From: Narcine bancroftii | Taxonomy: Eukaryota | Length of the DNA stretch: 64,000 nt | Assembly: GCF_036971445.1 (NCBI RefSeq) | Contig: NW_027212150.1 | Location: 1 to 64,000, forward strand | Direction: 5' to 3' | Shown: piece after piece, positions 45,501 through 60,500 of the stretch | Position numbering within the stretch: position 1 is the first letter of the stretch | Layout: every line of letters begins with the position of its first letter | Position numbers and translations under genes: made by a program | Notes under the pieces: model-generated | What the model was told of the DNA's origin: nothing | The model's database searches: none | The model's input: the letters and a program-made list of their open reading frames with translations, nothing else

Positions 45501-48500
45501 ATCAGTCCTGCAACTCACGCACAGCGATCAGTCCTGCACCTCACGCACAGCGATCAGTCCTGCACCTCACGCACAGCGATCAGTCCTGCACCTCACGCAC
45601 AGCGATCAGTCCTGCACCTCACGCACAGCGATCAGTCCTGCACCTCACGCACAGCGATCAGTCCTGCACCTCACGCACAGCCATCAGTCCTGCACCTCAC
45701 ACACAGCCATCAGTCCTGCACCTCACACACAGTCATCAGTCCTGCGTCTCACGCACAGTGATCAGCCCTGCATCTCACACAATGCAAACAGTCCTGCATC
45801 TCACACACAGCAATCTGTCAGACATCGCCACACAGTGTTCAGTCCTGCAACTGCACACAGTGATCAGTCCTGAGTCACACACACAATGTTCAGTCTTGTG
45901 TCTCACACATGGCGATCAGTCCTGCATCTCACCCATGGCGATCAGTCCTGCATCTTGCACAATTTTCAATCCTGCATCTCACCCACAGCAATCATTTCTG
46001 CATCTCGCACACTGTGATCTGTCCTGCATCTCACACATGATGTTCAGTCTTGCGTCTCACACACAGTTATCAGTCCTACCTCTAACACAGTGATCATTCC
46101 TGCAGATCAAACACAGTGATCAGTCCTGAATCTCACAGTGATCAGTCCTAAATCTCACAAAATGTTCAGTCTTGCATCTCACACAGTGATGTCCTGCATC
46201 TCGCACAGTGATGAGTCCTGCATCTCGCACAGTGATGAGTCCTGCATCTCACACAGTGATGAGTCCTGCATCTCGCACACACTGATCAGTCCAGCGTCTC
46301 ACACAGAGCGAATAATGCTGTGTCTCAGTCACAATGATCAGTCGTACTTCTCACATAAAGTCATCAGTCCTGCGTCTCACGCATAGTGGTCAGTCCTGTG
46401 TCTCACACACACAGTTATCAGTCCTGCATGCCCACTCAGCGATCGGTCCTGCAGATTACACACAATCAGACCTGCATCTCGCACACAGTCACCAGTACTG
46501 CATCACACACAATGTTCAGTCCTCCATCTCCAACACACATCAGTCCTGCGTCTCACACACAGTGATCAGACCTGCTTTTCACACACTCATTAGTCCTGGA
46601 TCTCACACACAGTGATCAGTCCTGTGTCAAACATACAGTGATGAGTTCTGCTTCTCACACACAGTGATCATTCCTGGGTCTCTCACACAAAATGTTTATT
46701 CTTGCATCTTATAGTGATCTGCCCTCTATCTCCACACAGCAAGAAGTTCTGCATCTCACACACAGTGATCAGTCCTGCACCTCACACACAGCGATCAATA
46801 CTGCACCTCACACACAGCGATCAGTCCTGTACCTCACACACTGCTATCAGTCCTGCGTCTTACAAAGTGATCTGTCCTGTATCTTACAAAGTGATCTGTC
46901 CTGCATCTTACAAAGTGATCTGTCCTGCATCTTACAAAGTGATCTGTCCTGCATCTTACAAATTGATCTGTCCTGCGTCTCTCACACAGTGACCAGTCCT
47001 GCGTCACTCACACACAATGTTTATTCCTGCATCTCACAGTGATCTGTCCTTCATCTCCACTCAGCGATGAGTCCTGCGTCTCACACACAGTTATCAGTCC
47101 TACCTCTAACACAGTGATCATTCCTGCACATCTAACACAGTGATCAGTCCTGAATCTCACAGTGATCAGTCCTGCATCTCACACAGTGATGAGTCCTGCA
47201 TCTCGCACAGTGATGAGTCCTGCATCTCGCACACACTCATTAGTCCTGCGTCTCACACAGAGCGATCAGTGCTGTCTCAGACACAATGATCAGTCGTACT
47301 TCTCTCAGTCATCATTCCTGGGTCTCATGCGCAGTGATCAGTCCTGTGTCTCACACACAATGTATAGCCCTGCATCTCAAATACAGTGATCAGTTGTGCG
47401 CAACGCACAGTTATCAGTCCTGCATGTCCACACAACGATCACTCCTCCAGATCACACACAGTTATCAGTCCTGAATCTCACACAAAGTGATCAATCCAGC
47501 ATCTCACACAAAATGTACAGTCTTGCATCTCACACAGTGATGAGTCCTGCATCTCACACACACTGATCAGTCCTGCGTCTCACACAGAGCGATCAATACT
47601 ATGTCTCAGACACAATGATCAGTCATACTTCTCACACAAAGTCATCATTCCTGCATGTCCACACAGCGATCACTCCTCCAGATCACACACAGTTATCAGT
47701 CCTGAATCTCACACAAAGTGATCAATCCAGCATCTCACACAAAATGTACAGTCTTGCATCTCACACAGAGATGAGTCCTGCATCTCACACACACTGATCA
47801 GTCCTGCGTCTCACACAGAGCGATCAATACTATGTCTCAGACACAATGATCAGTCATACTTCTCACACAAAGTCATCATTCCTGCATGTCTACTCAGCGA
47901 TCAGTCCTGCATCTCACACACTATCTGTCCTGAATCTCACACACAGTGATCAGTCCTGCAACTCACACACAGTGATCAGTCCTGCACCACACACACAGTG
48001 CTCAGTCCTGCACCTCACACACAGCGATCAGTCCTGCACCTCACACACAGCGATTAGTCCTGCACCATGCACACCGTGATCTGTCCTGCATCTCAACACA
48101 GTGATCAGTGCTGGGTCTCTCACACAAAATGTTTATTCTTGCATCTCAAAGTGATCTGTCCTCTATCTCCACACAGCGACAAGTTCTGCATCTCACACAC
48201 AGCAATCAGTCCTGTGTCTCACACAGTGATCAGTCCTGCGTCTCACAAAGTGATCAGTCCTGCGTCTCACACAGTGATCAGTCCTGAGTCTTACAAAGTG
48301 ATCTCTCCAACATATTACAAAGTGATCTGTCCTGCGTCTTACAAAGTGATTTGTCTTGCGTCTCTCACACAGTGATAAGACCTGCTTCTCACACACAGTC
48401 ATCAGTCATGCATCTCACACACAATGTTTATTCCAGCATCTCACAGTGATCTGTCCTCCATCTCCACACAGCGATGAGTACTGCATCTCGCACACAGTCA

Positions 48501-51500
48501 CCAGACCTGCATCGCACTCAATGTTCAGTCCTTGATCTCCAACACACATCAGTCCTGAGTCTCACACACAGTGATAAGACCTGCTTTTCACACACTCATT
48601 AGTCATGGATCTCACACACAGTGATCAGTCCTGTGTCTCACGCACAGTGATCAGACCTGCTTTTCACACACTCATTAGTCCTGGACCTCACACACAGTGA
48701 TCAGTCCTGCGTCTCACACAGTGATCAGTCCTGCATCTCACACAGTGATGAGTCCTGCATCTCACACAGTGATGAGTCCTGCATCTCGCACAGTGATTAA
48801 TCCTGCATCTCACACAGTGATGAGTCCTGCATCTCGCACAGTGATGAGTCCTGCATCTCACACAGTGATGAGTCCTGCATCTCACACAGTGATGAGTCCT
48901 GCATCTCACACAGTGATGAGTCCTGCATCTCGCACAGTGATGAGTCCTGCATCTCACACAGTGATGAGTCCTGCATCTCGCACAGTGATGAGTCCTGCAT
49001 CTCACACAGTGATGAGTCCTGCATCTCGCACAGTGATGAGTCCTGCATCTCGCACAGTGATGAGTCCTGCATCTCGCACAGTGATGAGTCCTGCATCTCG
49101 CACAGTGATGAGTCCTGCATCTCGCACAGTGATGAGTCCTGCATCTCGCACAGTGATGAGTCCTGCATCTCGCACAGTGATGTGTCCTGCATCTCACACA
49201 GTGATGAGTCCTGCATCTCACACAGTGATGAGTCCTGGATCTCGCACAGTGATGAGTCCTGCATCTCGCACAGTGATGAAGTCCTGCATCTCGCACAGTG
49301 ATGAGTCCTGCACCTCGCACACACTCATTAGTCCTGCGTCTCACACAGAGCGATCAGTGCTGTCTCAGACACAATGATCAGTCGTACTTCTCTCAGTCAT
49401 CATTCCTGCGTCTCATGCGCAGTGATCAGTCCTGTGTCTCACACACAATGTATAGTCCTGCATCTCAAATACAGTGATCAGTCGTGCGCAACGCACAGTT
49501 ATCACTCCTGCATGTCCACACATCGATCACTCCTCCAGATGACACACAGTTATCAGTCCTGAATCTCACACAAAGTGATCAATCCAGCATCTCACACAAA
49601 ATGTACAGTCTTGCATCTCACACATTGACGAGTCCTGCATCTCACACACACTGATCAGTCCTGCGTCTCACACAGAGCGATCAATACTATGTCTCAGACA
49701 CAATGATCAGTCATACTTCTCACACAAAGTCATCATTCCTGCATGTCTACTCAGCGATCAGTCCTGCATCTCACACACTATCTGTCCTGAATCTCACACA
49801 CAGTGATCAGTCCTGCATCTCACACACAGTGATTAGTCATGCATCACACACACAGTTATCAGTCCTGCATATCCACACATCGATCAGTCCTGCATCTTAC
49901 ACACAGAGATCAGTCCTGAATCTCACACACAGAGATCAGTCCTGAATCTCACGCAGTGATCAGTCCAGAATCTCACACAAAATATTCAGTCTTGTATCTC
50001 ACACAGTGATGAATCCTGCATCTCGCACACACTGATCAGTCCTGCGTCTCACACAGAGCGAATAATGCTGTGTCTCAGACACAATGATCAGTCGTACTTC
50101 TCACATAAGTCATCAGTCCTGCGTCTCACGCATAATGGTCAGTCCTGTGTCTCACACGCACAGTTATCAGTCCTGCATGTCCACTCAGCGATCGGTCCTG
50201 CAGATTAAACACAGTGATCTGACCTGCATCTCGCACACAGTCACCAGTACTGTATCGCACACAATGTTCAGTCCTCCATCCCCAACACACACCAGTCCTG
50301 CGTCACACACAGTGATCAGACCTGCTTTTCACACACTCATTAGTCCTGGATCTCACACACAGTGATCAGTCCTGCGTTTCACATACAGTGATGAGTACTG
50401 CTTCTCACACACAGTGATCATTCCTGGGTCTCTCACACAAAATGTTTATTCCTGCATCTCATAGTGATCTGCCCTCTATCTCCACACAGCAAGAAGTTCT
50501 GCATCTCGCACACAGCGATCAGTCCTGCACCTCACACACAGTGATCAGTCCTGCACCTCACACACAGCGATCAGTCCTGCACCTCACACACAGCGATCAG
50601 TCCTGCACCTCACACACAGTGATCAGTCCTGCAACTCACACACAGTGATCAGTCCTGCACCACACACACAGTGCTCAGTCCTGCACCTCACACACAGCGA
50701 TCAGTCCTGCACCTCACACACAGCGATTAGTCCTGCACCATGCACACCGTGATCTGTCCTGCATCTCAACACAGTGATCAGTGCTGGGTCTCTCACACAA
50801 AATGTTTATTCTTGCATCTCAAAGTGATCTGTCCTCTATCTCCACACAGCGACAAGTTCTGCATCTCACACACAGCAATCAGTCCTGTGTCTCACACAGT
50901 GATCAGTCCTGCGTCTCACAAAGTGATCAGTCCTGCGTCTCACACAGTGATCAGTCCTGAGTCTTACAAAGTGATCTCTCCAACATATTACAAAGTGATC
51001 TGTCCTGCGTCTTACAAAGTGATTTGTCTTGCGTCTCTCACACAGTGATAAGACCTGCTTCTCACACACAGTCATCAGTCATGCATCTCACACACAATGT
51101 TTATTCCAGCATCTCACAGTGATCTGTCCTCCATCTCCACACAGCGATGAGTACTGCATCTCGCACACAGTCACCAGACCTGCATCGCACTCAATGTTCA
51201 GTCCTTGATCTCCAACACACATCAGTCCTGAGTCTCACACACAGTGATCAGACCTGCTTTTCACACACTCATTAGTCATGGATCTCACACACACTGATCA
51301 GTCCTACGTCTCACATACAGTGATGAGTTCTGCGTCTCACACACAGTGATCATTCCTGGATCTCTCACACAAAATGTTTATTCCTGCATCTCATAGTGAT
51401 CTGCCCTCTATCTCCACACAGCGATAAGTTCTGCACCTCACACACAGCGATCAGACCTGTACTTCACAAAGAGCATCACTGCTGCACCTCAATCACAGTG

Positions 51501-54500
51501 ATCAGTCCTGTACCTCACACACTGCTATCAGTCCTGTACCTCACACACTGCTATCAGTCCTGCGTCTTACAAAGTGATCTGTCCTGCATCTTACAAAGTG
51601 ATCTGTCCTGCGTCTCTCACACAGTGACCAGTCCTGCGTCACTCACACACAATGTTTATTCCTGCATCTCACAGTGATCTGTCCTCCATCTCCACACAGC
51701 GATGAGTCCTGCATCTCACACACTGTAATCAGACCTTCTTTTCACACACTCATTAGTCCTGGATCTCACACATAGTGATCAGTCCTGGATCTCACACACA
51801 GTGATTAGTCCTGCATCTCACACACAGTGATCAGTCCTGCGTCTCACACACAGTGATAAGTTCTGCATCTCACACACGACGATCAGTCCTGCACCTCACA
51901 CACAGCGATTAGTCCTGCAACGTGCACACAGTGATCTGTCCTGCATCTCAACACAGTGATCAGTCCTGGGTCTCTCACACAAAATGTTTATTCTTGCATC
52001 TCATAGTGATCTGTCCTCTATCTCCACACAGCGATGAGTCCTGCGTCTCACACACTGTAATCAGACCTTCTTTTCACACACTCATTAGTCCTGGATCTCA
52101 CACATAGTGATCAGTCCTGGATCTCACACACAGTGATTAGTCCTGCATCTCACACACAGTGATCAGTTCTGCATCTCACACACAGCAATAGGCCTGCACC
52201 TCACACACAGCAATCAGTCCTGTACCTCACACACAGCGATCAGTCCTGTGTCTCACACAGTGATCAGTCCTGCATCTTACAATGTGATCTGTCCTACATC
52301 TTACAAAGTGATCTGTCCTGCATCTTAAAAAGTGATCTGTCCTGCGTCTTACAAAGTGATCTGTCCTGCGTCTTACAAAGTGATTTGTCCCGCGTCTCTC
52401 ACACAGTGATAAGACCTGCTTCTCACATACAGTGATCAGTCATGGATCTCACACACAGTGTTTATTCCAGCATCTCACAGTGATCTGTCCTCCATCTCCA
52501 CACAGCGATGATTCCTGCATCTCGCACACAGACACCAGTCCTGCATCGCACACAATGTTCAGTCCTCTATCTCCAACACACATCAGTCCTGTGTCTCACA
52601 CACAGTGATCAGTTCTGCTTCTCACACACAGTGCTCATTCGTGGGTATCTCACACAAAATGTTTATTCCTGCATTTCATAGTGATCAACCCTCTATCTCA
52701 CACACAGCGATCAGTCCTGCACCTCACACACAGCGATCAGTCCTGCAACTCACACACAGCGATCAGTCCTGCAACTCACACACAGCGATCAGTCCTGCAC
52801 CTCACCCACAGCCATCAGTCCTGCACCTCACACACAGCCATCAGTCCTGCACCTCACACACAGCCATCAGTCCTGCACCTCACACACAGCCATCAGTCCT
52901 GCACCTCACACACAGCCATCAGTCCTGCACCTCACACACAGCCATCAGTCCTGCACCTCACACACAGCCATCAGTCCTGCACCTCACACACAGACATCAG
53001 TCCTGCACCTCACACACAGCCATCAGTCCTGCACCTCACACACAGCGATCAGTCCTGCACCTCACAAACAGCGATCACTGCTGCACCTCAATCACAGTGA
53101 TCAGTCCTGTACCTCACACACTGTTATCGGTCCTGCGTCTTACAAAGTGATCTGTCCTGCATCTTACAAAGTGATCTGTCCTGCATCTCTCACACACAAT
53201 GTTTATTCCTGCATCTCACAGTGATCTGTCCTCCATCTCCACACAGCGATCAGTCCTGCATCTCACACACAGTGATCAGACCTGCTTTTCACACACTCAT
53301 TAGTCCTGGATCTCACACACAGTGATCAGTCCTGCATCTCACACACAGTGATCAGACCTGCTTTTCACACACTCATTAGTCCTGGATCTCACACACAGTG
53401 ATCAGTCCTGTGTCTCACGCACAGTGATCAGACCTGCTTTTCACACACTCATTAGTCCTGGACCTCACACACAGTGATCAGTCCTGTGTCTCACACACAG
53501 CGATAAGTTCTGCATCTCACCAACAGCGATCAGTCCTGCATCTACATACAATAATCTGTGCTTCATCTTACACACAATATTCAATGCCGCATCTCGCACA
53601 CAGTGATCTGTCCAGTGTCTCACACATGATGTTCTGTCCTGCGTCTCACATAGTGATCATTCCTGTCTCTCACACACAGTCATCAGTCCTGTCTCACATA
53701 CAGTCATCAGTCGTGCATCACACACACAGTTATCAGTCCTGCATGTCCACAGAGCGATCACTCCTGAATCTCACAGACAATGATCAGTCCTGAATCTCAC
53801 GCAAAATTTTCAGTCTTGCATCTCACACTGTAATGAGTCCTGCATCTCACATATACTGATCAGTCCTGCGTCTCACACAGAGCGATCAGTGCTGCGTCTC
53901 AGACACAATGATCAGTTGTACTTCTCACATAAAGTCATCAGTCCTGCGACTCACGCATAGTGGTCAGTCCTGTGTCTCACACACACAGTTATCAGTCCTG
54001 CATGTCCACACAGCAATCACTCCTATAGATCACACACAGTTATCAGTCTTTAATCTTACACAAAATATTCAGTCTTGCATCTCACACAGTGATGAGTTTT
54101 GCATCTCGCACACACTGATCAGTTCTGCGTCTTACACAGAATGATCAGTGCTGTGTCTAAGACGTTATGATCAGTCATATTTCTCACATAAAGTCATCAG
54201 TCCTGCGTCTCACGCACAGTGATCAGCCCTGCATCTCACACAATGCGAACAGTCCTGCATCTCACACACAGCAATCTGTCAGACATCGCCACACAGTGTT
54301 CAGTCCTGCAACTGCACACAGTGATCAGTCCTGAGTCACACACACAATGTTCAGTCTTGTGTCTCACACATGGCGATCAGTCCTGCATCTCACCCATGGC
54401 AATCAGTCCTGCATCTTGCACAATTTTTAATCCTGCATTTCACCCACAGCAATCATTTCTGCATCTCGCACATTGTGATCTGTCCTGCATCTCACACATG

Positions 54501-57500
54501 ATGTTCAGTCTTGCGTCTCGCACACAGTTATCAGTCCTACCTCTAACACAGTGATCATTCCTGAATCTCACAGTGATCAGTCCTAAATCTCACACAAAAT
54601 GTTCAGTCTTGCATCTCACACAGTGATGTTCTGCATCTCGCACAGTGATGAGTCCTGCATCTCGCACAGTGATGAGTCCTGCATCTCGCACAGTGATGAG
54701 TCTTGCATCTCACACAGTGATGAGTCTTGCATCTCACACAGTGATGAGTCCTGCATCTCACACAGTGATGAGTCCTGCATCTCGCACAGTGATGAGTCCT
54801 GCATCTCACACAGTGATGAGTCCTGCATCTCACACAGTGATGAGTCTTGCATCTCACACAGTGATGAGTCCTGCATCTCACACAGTGATGAGTCCTGCAT
54901 CTCGCACAGTGATGAGTCCTGCATCTCGCACAGTGATGAGTCCTGCAACTCCCACAGTGATGAGTCCTGCATCTCACACAGTGATGAGTCCTGCATCTCG
55001 CACAGTGATGAGTCCTGCATCTCGCACGGTGATGAGTCCTGCATCTCGCACAGTGATGAGTCCTGCATCTCACACAGTGATGAGTCCTGCATCTCACACA
55101 GTGATGAGTCTTGCATCTCGCACAGTGATGAGTCCTGCATCTCGCACAGTGATGAGTCTTGCATCTCACACAGTGATGAGTCTTGCATCTCACACAGTGA
55201 TGAGTCCTGCATCTCACACAGTGATGAGTCCTGCATCTCACACAGTGATGAGTCCTGCATCTCACACAGTGATGAGTCCTGCATCTCACACAGTGATGAG
55301 TCTTGCATCTCACACAGTGATGAGTCCTGCATCTCACACAGTGATGAGTCCTGCATCTCGCACAGTGATGAGTCCTGCATCTCGCACAGTGATGAGTCCT
55401 GCAACTCCCACAGTGATGAGTCCTGCATCTCACACAGTGATGAGTCCTGCATCTCGCACAGTGATGAGTCCTGCATCTCGCACAGTGATGAGTCCTGCAT
55501 CTCGCACAGTGATGAGTCCTGCATCTCACACAGTGATGAGTCCTGCATCTCACACAGTGATAAGTCCTGCATCTCGCACAGTGATGAATCCTGCATCTCA
55601 CACAGTGATGAGTCCTGCATCTCGCACACACTCATCAGTCCTGTGTTTCACACAGAGCGATCAGTGCTGTGTCTCAGACACAATGATCAGTCGTACTTCT
55701 CACATCAAGTCATCAGTCCTGCGTCTCACGCATAGTGGTCAGTCCTGTGTCTCACACACACAGTTATCAGTCCTGCATCTCCACTCAGCGATCGGTCCTG
55801 CAGATTACACACAATCAGACCTGCATCTCGCACACAGTCACCAGTACTGCATCGCACACAATGTTCAGTCCTCCATCTCCAACACACGTCAGTCCTGCGT
55901 CTCACACACAGTGATCAGACCTGCTTTTCACACACTCATTAGTCCTGGATCTCACACACAGTGATCAGTCCTGTGTCAAACATACAATGATGAGTTCTGC
56001 TTCTCACACACAAGTGATCAGTCCTGCACCTCGCACACAGCAATCAGTCCTGCACCTCACACACAGTGATCAGTCCTGCACCTCACACACAGCGATCAAT
56101 ACTGCACCTCACACACAGCGATCAGTCCTGCACCTCACACACTGCTATCAGTCCTGCGTCTTACAAAGTGATCTGTCCTGCATCTTACAAAGTGATCTGT
56201 CCTGCATCTTACAAATTGATCTGTCCTGTGTTTCTCACACAGTGACTAGTCCTGCGTCACTCACGCACAATGTTTATTCCTGCATCTCACAGTGATCTGT
56301 CCTCCATCTCCACAAAGCGATGAGTCCTGCGTCTAACACACAGTGATCAGACCTTTTTTTCACACACTCATTAGTCCTGGATCTCACACATAGTGATCAG
56401 ACATTTTTTTCACACACTCATTAGTCCTGGATCTCACACATAGTGATCAGTCCTGCGTCTCACACACAGTTATCAGTCCTACCTCTAACACAGTGATCAT
56501 TCCTGCAGATCTAACACAGTGATCAGTCCTGAATCTCACAGTGATCAGTCCTAAATCTCGCACAGTGATGAGTCCTGCATCTTGCACAGTGATGAGTACT
56601 GCATCTCACACAGTGATGAAGTCCTGCATCTCGCACAGTGATGAGTCCTGCATCTCGCACAGTGATGAGTCCTGCATCTCGCACGGTGATGAGTCCTGCA
56701 TCTCGCACAGTGATGAGTCCTGCATCTCGCACAGTGATGAGTCCTGCATCTTGCACAGTGATGAAGTCCTGCATCTCGCACAGTGATGAGTCTTGCATCT
56801 CGCACAGTGATGAAGTCCTGCATCTCGCACAGTGATGAGTCCTGCATCTCACACACAGTGATCAGACCTGCTTTTCACACACTCATTAGTCCTGGATCTC
56901 ACACACAGTGATCATTCCTGGGTCTCTCACACAAAATGTTTATTCTTGCATCTCATAGTGATCTGTCCTCTATCTCCACACAGCGACAAGTTCTCCATCT
57001 CACACACAGCAATAGGCCTGCACCTCACACACGGCAAATAGTCCTGTACCTCACACACAGCGATCAGTCCTGTGTCTCACACAGTGATCAGTCCTGCATC
57101 TTACAATGTGATCTGTCCTACATCTTACAAAGTGATCTGTCCTGCATCTTAAAAAGTGATCTGTCCTGCGTCTTACAAAGTGATCTGTCCTGCGTCTTAC
57201 AAAGTGATTTGTCCCGCGTCTCTCACACAGTGATAAGACCTGCTTCTCACATACAGTGATCAGTCATGGATCTCACACACAATGTTTATTCCAGCATCTC
57301 ACAGTGATCTGTCCTCCATCTCCACAAAGCGATGAGTCCTGCGTCTAACACACAGTGATCAGACCTTTTTTTCACACACTCATTAGTCCTGGATCTCACA
57401 CATAGTGATCAGACATTTTTTTCACACACTCATTAGTCCTGGATCTCACACATAGTGATCAGTCCTGCGTCTCACACACAGTTATCAGTCCTACCTCTAA

Positions 57501-60500
57501 CACAGTGATCATTCCTGCAGATCTAACACAGTGATCAGTCCTGAATCTCACAGTGATCAGTCCAAAATCTCGCACAGTGATGAGTCCTGCATCTTGCACA
57601 GTGATGAGTACTGCATCTCACACAGTGATGAAGTCCTGCATCTCGCACAGTGATGAGTCCTGCATCTCGCACAGTGATGAGTCCTGCATCTCGCACAGTG
57701 ATGAGTCCTGCATCTCGCACAGTGATGAGTCCTGCATCTCGCACAGTGATGAGTCCTGCATCTCGCACAGTGATGAGTCCTGCATCTTGCACAGTGATGA
57801 AGTCCTGCATCTCGCACAGTGATGAGTCTTGCATCTCGCACAGTGATGAAGTCCTGCATCTCGCACAGTGATGAGTCCTGCATCTCACACACAGTGATCA
57901 GACCTGCTTTTCACACACTCATTAGTCCTGGATCTCACACACAGTGATCATTCCTGGGTCTCTCACACAAAATGTTTATTCTTGCATCTCATAGTGATCT
58001 GTCCTCTATCTCCACACAGCGACAAGTTCTCCATCTCACACACAGCAATAGGCCTGCACCTCACACACGGCAATCAGTCCTGTACCTCACACACAGCGAT
58101 CAGTCCTGTACCTCACACACAGCGATCAGTCCTGTGTCTCACACAGTGATCAGTCCTGCATCTTACAATGTGATCTGTCCTACATCTTACAAAGTGATCT
58201 GTCCTGCATCTTAAAAAGTGATCTGTCCTGCGTCTTACAAAGTGATCTGTCCTGCGTCTTACAAAGTGATTTGTCCCGCGTCTCTCACACAGTGATAAGA
58301 CCTGCTTCTCACATACAGTGATCAGTCATGGATCTCACACACAATGTTTATTCCAGCATCTCACAGTGATCTGTCCTCCATCTCCACTCAGCGATGATTC
58401 CTGCATCTCGCACACAGACACCAGTCCTGCATCGCACACAATGTTCAGTCCTCTATCTCCAACACACATCAGTCCTGTGTCTCACACACAGTGATCAGTT
58501 CTGCTTCTCACACACAGTGTTCATTCGTGGGTATCTCACACAAAATGTTTATTCCTGCATTTCCTAGTGATCAACCCTCTATCTCACACACAGCGATCAG
58601 TCCTGCACCTCACACACAGCGATCAGTCCTGCAACTCACACACAGCGATCAGTCCTGCTCCTCACACACAGCCATCAGTCCTGCACCTCACACACAGCCA
58701 TCAGTCCTGCACCTCACACACAGCCATCAGTCCTGCACCTCACACACAGCCATCAGTCCTGCACCTCACACACAGCGATCAGTCCTGCACCTCACACACA
58801 GCCATCAGTCCTGCACCACACACACAGCCATCAGTCCTGCACCTCACACACAGCCATCAGTCCTGCACCTCACACACAGCGATCAGTCCTGCACCTCACA
58901 CACAGCCATCAGTCCTGCACCTCACACACAGCCATCAGTCCTGCACCTCACACACAGCCATCAGTCCTGCACCTCACACACAGCGATCAGTCCTGCACCT
59001 CACACACAGCCATCAGTCCTGCACCTCACACACAGCCATCAGCCCTGCACCTCACACACAGCCATCAGTCCTGCACCTCACACACAGCCATCAGTCCTGC
59101 ACCTCACACACAGCGATCAGTCCTGCACCTCACACACAGCGATCAGTCCTGCACCTCACAAACAGCGATCACTGCTGCACCTCAATCACAGTGATCAGTC
59201 CTGTACCTCACACACTGTTATCGGTCCTGCGTCTTATAAAGTGATCTGTCCTGCATCTTACAAAGTGATCTGTCCTGCATCTCTCACACACAATGTTTAT
59301 TCCTGCATCTCACAGTGATCTGTCCTCCATCTCCACACAGCAATCAGTCCTGCATCTCACACACAGTGATCAGACCTGCTTTTCACACACTCATTAGTCC
59401 TGGATCTCACACACAGTGATCAGTCCTGCATCTCACACACAGTGATCAGACCTGCTTTTCACACGCTCATTAGTCCTGGATCTCACACACAGTGATCAGT
59501 CCTGTGTCTCACGCACAGTGATCAGACCTGCTTTTCACACACTCATTAGTCCTGGACCTCACACACTGTGATCAGTCCTGTGTCTCACACACAGCGATAA
59601 GTTCTGCATCTCACCAACAGCGATCAGTCCTGCATCTACATACAATAATCTGTGCTTCATCTTACACACAATATTCAATGCCGCATCTCGCACACAGTGA
59701 TCTGTCCAGTGTCTCACACATGATGTTCTGTCCTGCGTCTCACATAGTGATCATTCCTGTCTCTCACACACAGTCATCAGTCCTGTCTCACATACAGTCA
59801 TCAGTCATGCATCACACACACAATTATCAGTCCTGCATGTCCACAGAGCGATCACTCCTGAATCTCACAGACAATGATCAGTCCTGAATCTCACGCAAAA
59901 TTTTCAGTCTTGCATCTCACACAGTGATGAGTCCTGCATCTCGCACACACTGATCAGTCCTGTGTCTCACACAGAGTCATCAGTGCTATGTCTAAGAGAA
60001 AATGATCAGTCGTACTACTCACACACAGACATCAGACCTGCATCTCAGACACAGTGATCAGTCATGCGTCACACACAGTTATCAGTCTTGCATGTCCACA
60101 CAGTGATCACTCCTATAGATCAGACACTGTGATCAGTTCTGATCCTCACAGATAGTGATCAGTCCTTAATCTCACACAAATTGTTCAGTCTTGCACCTCA
60201 CACTGTAATGAGTCCTGCATCTCACATATACTGATCAGTCCTGCGTCTCACACAGAGCGATCAGTGCTGTGTCTCAGACACAATGATCAGTTGTACTTCT
60301 CACATAAAGTCATCAGTCCTGCGACTCACGCATAGTGGTCAGTCCTGCGTCTCACACACACAGTTATCAGTCCTGCATGTCCACACAGCAATCACTCCTA
60401 TAGATCACACACAGTTATCAGTCTTTAATCTTACACAAAATATTCAGTCTTGCATCTCACACAGTGATGAGTTTTGCATCTCGCACACACTGATCAGTTC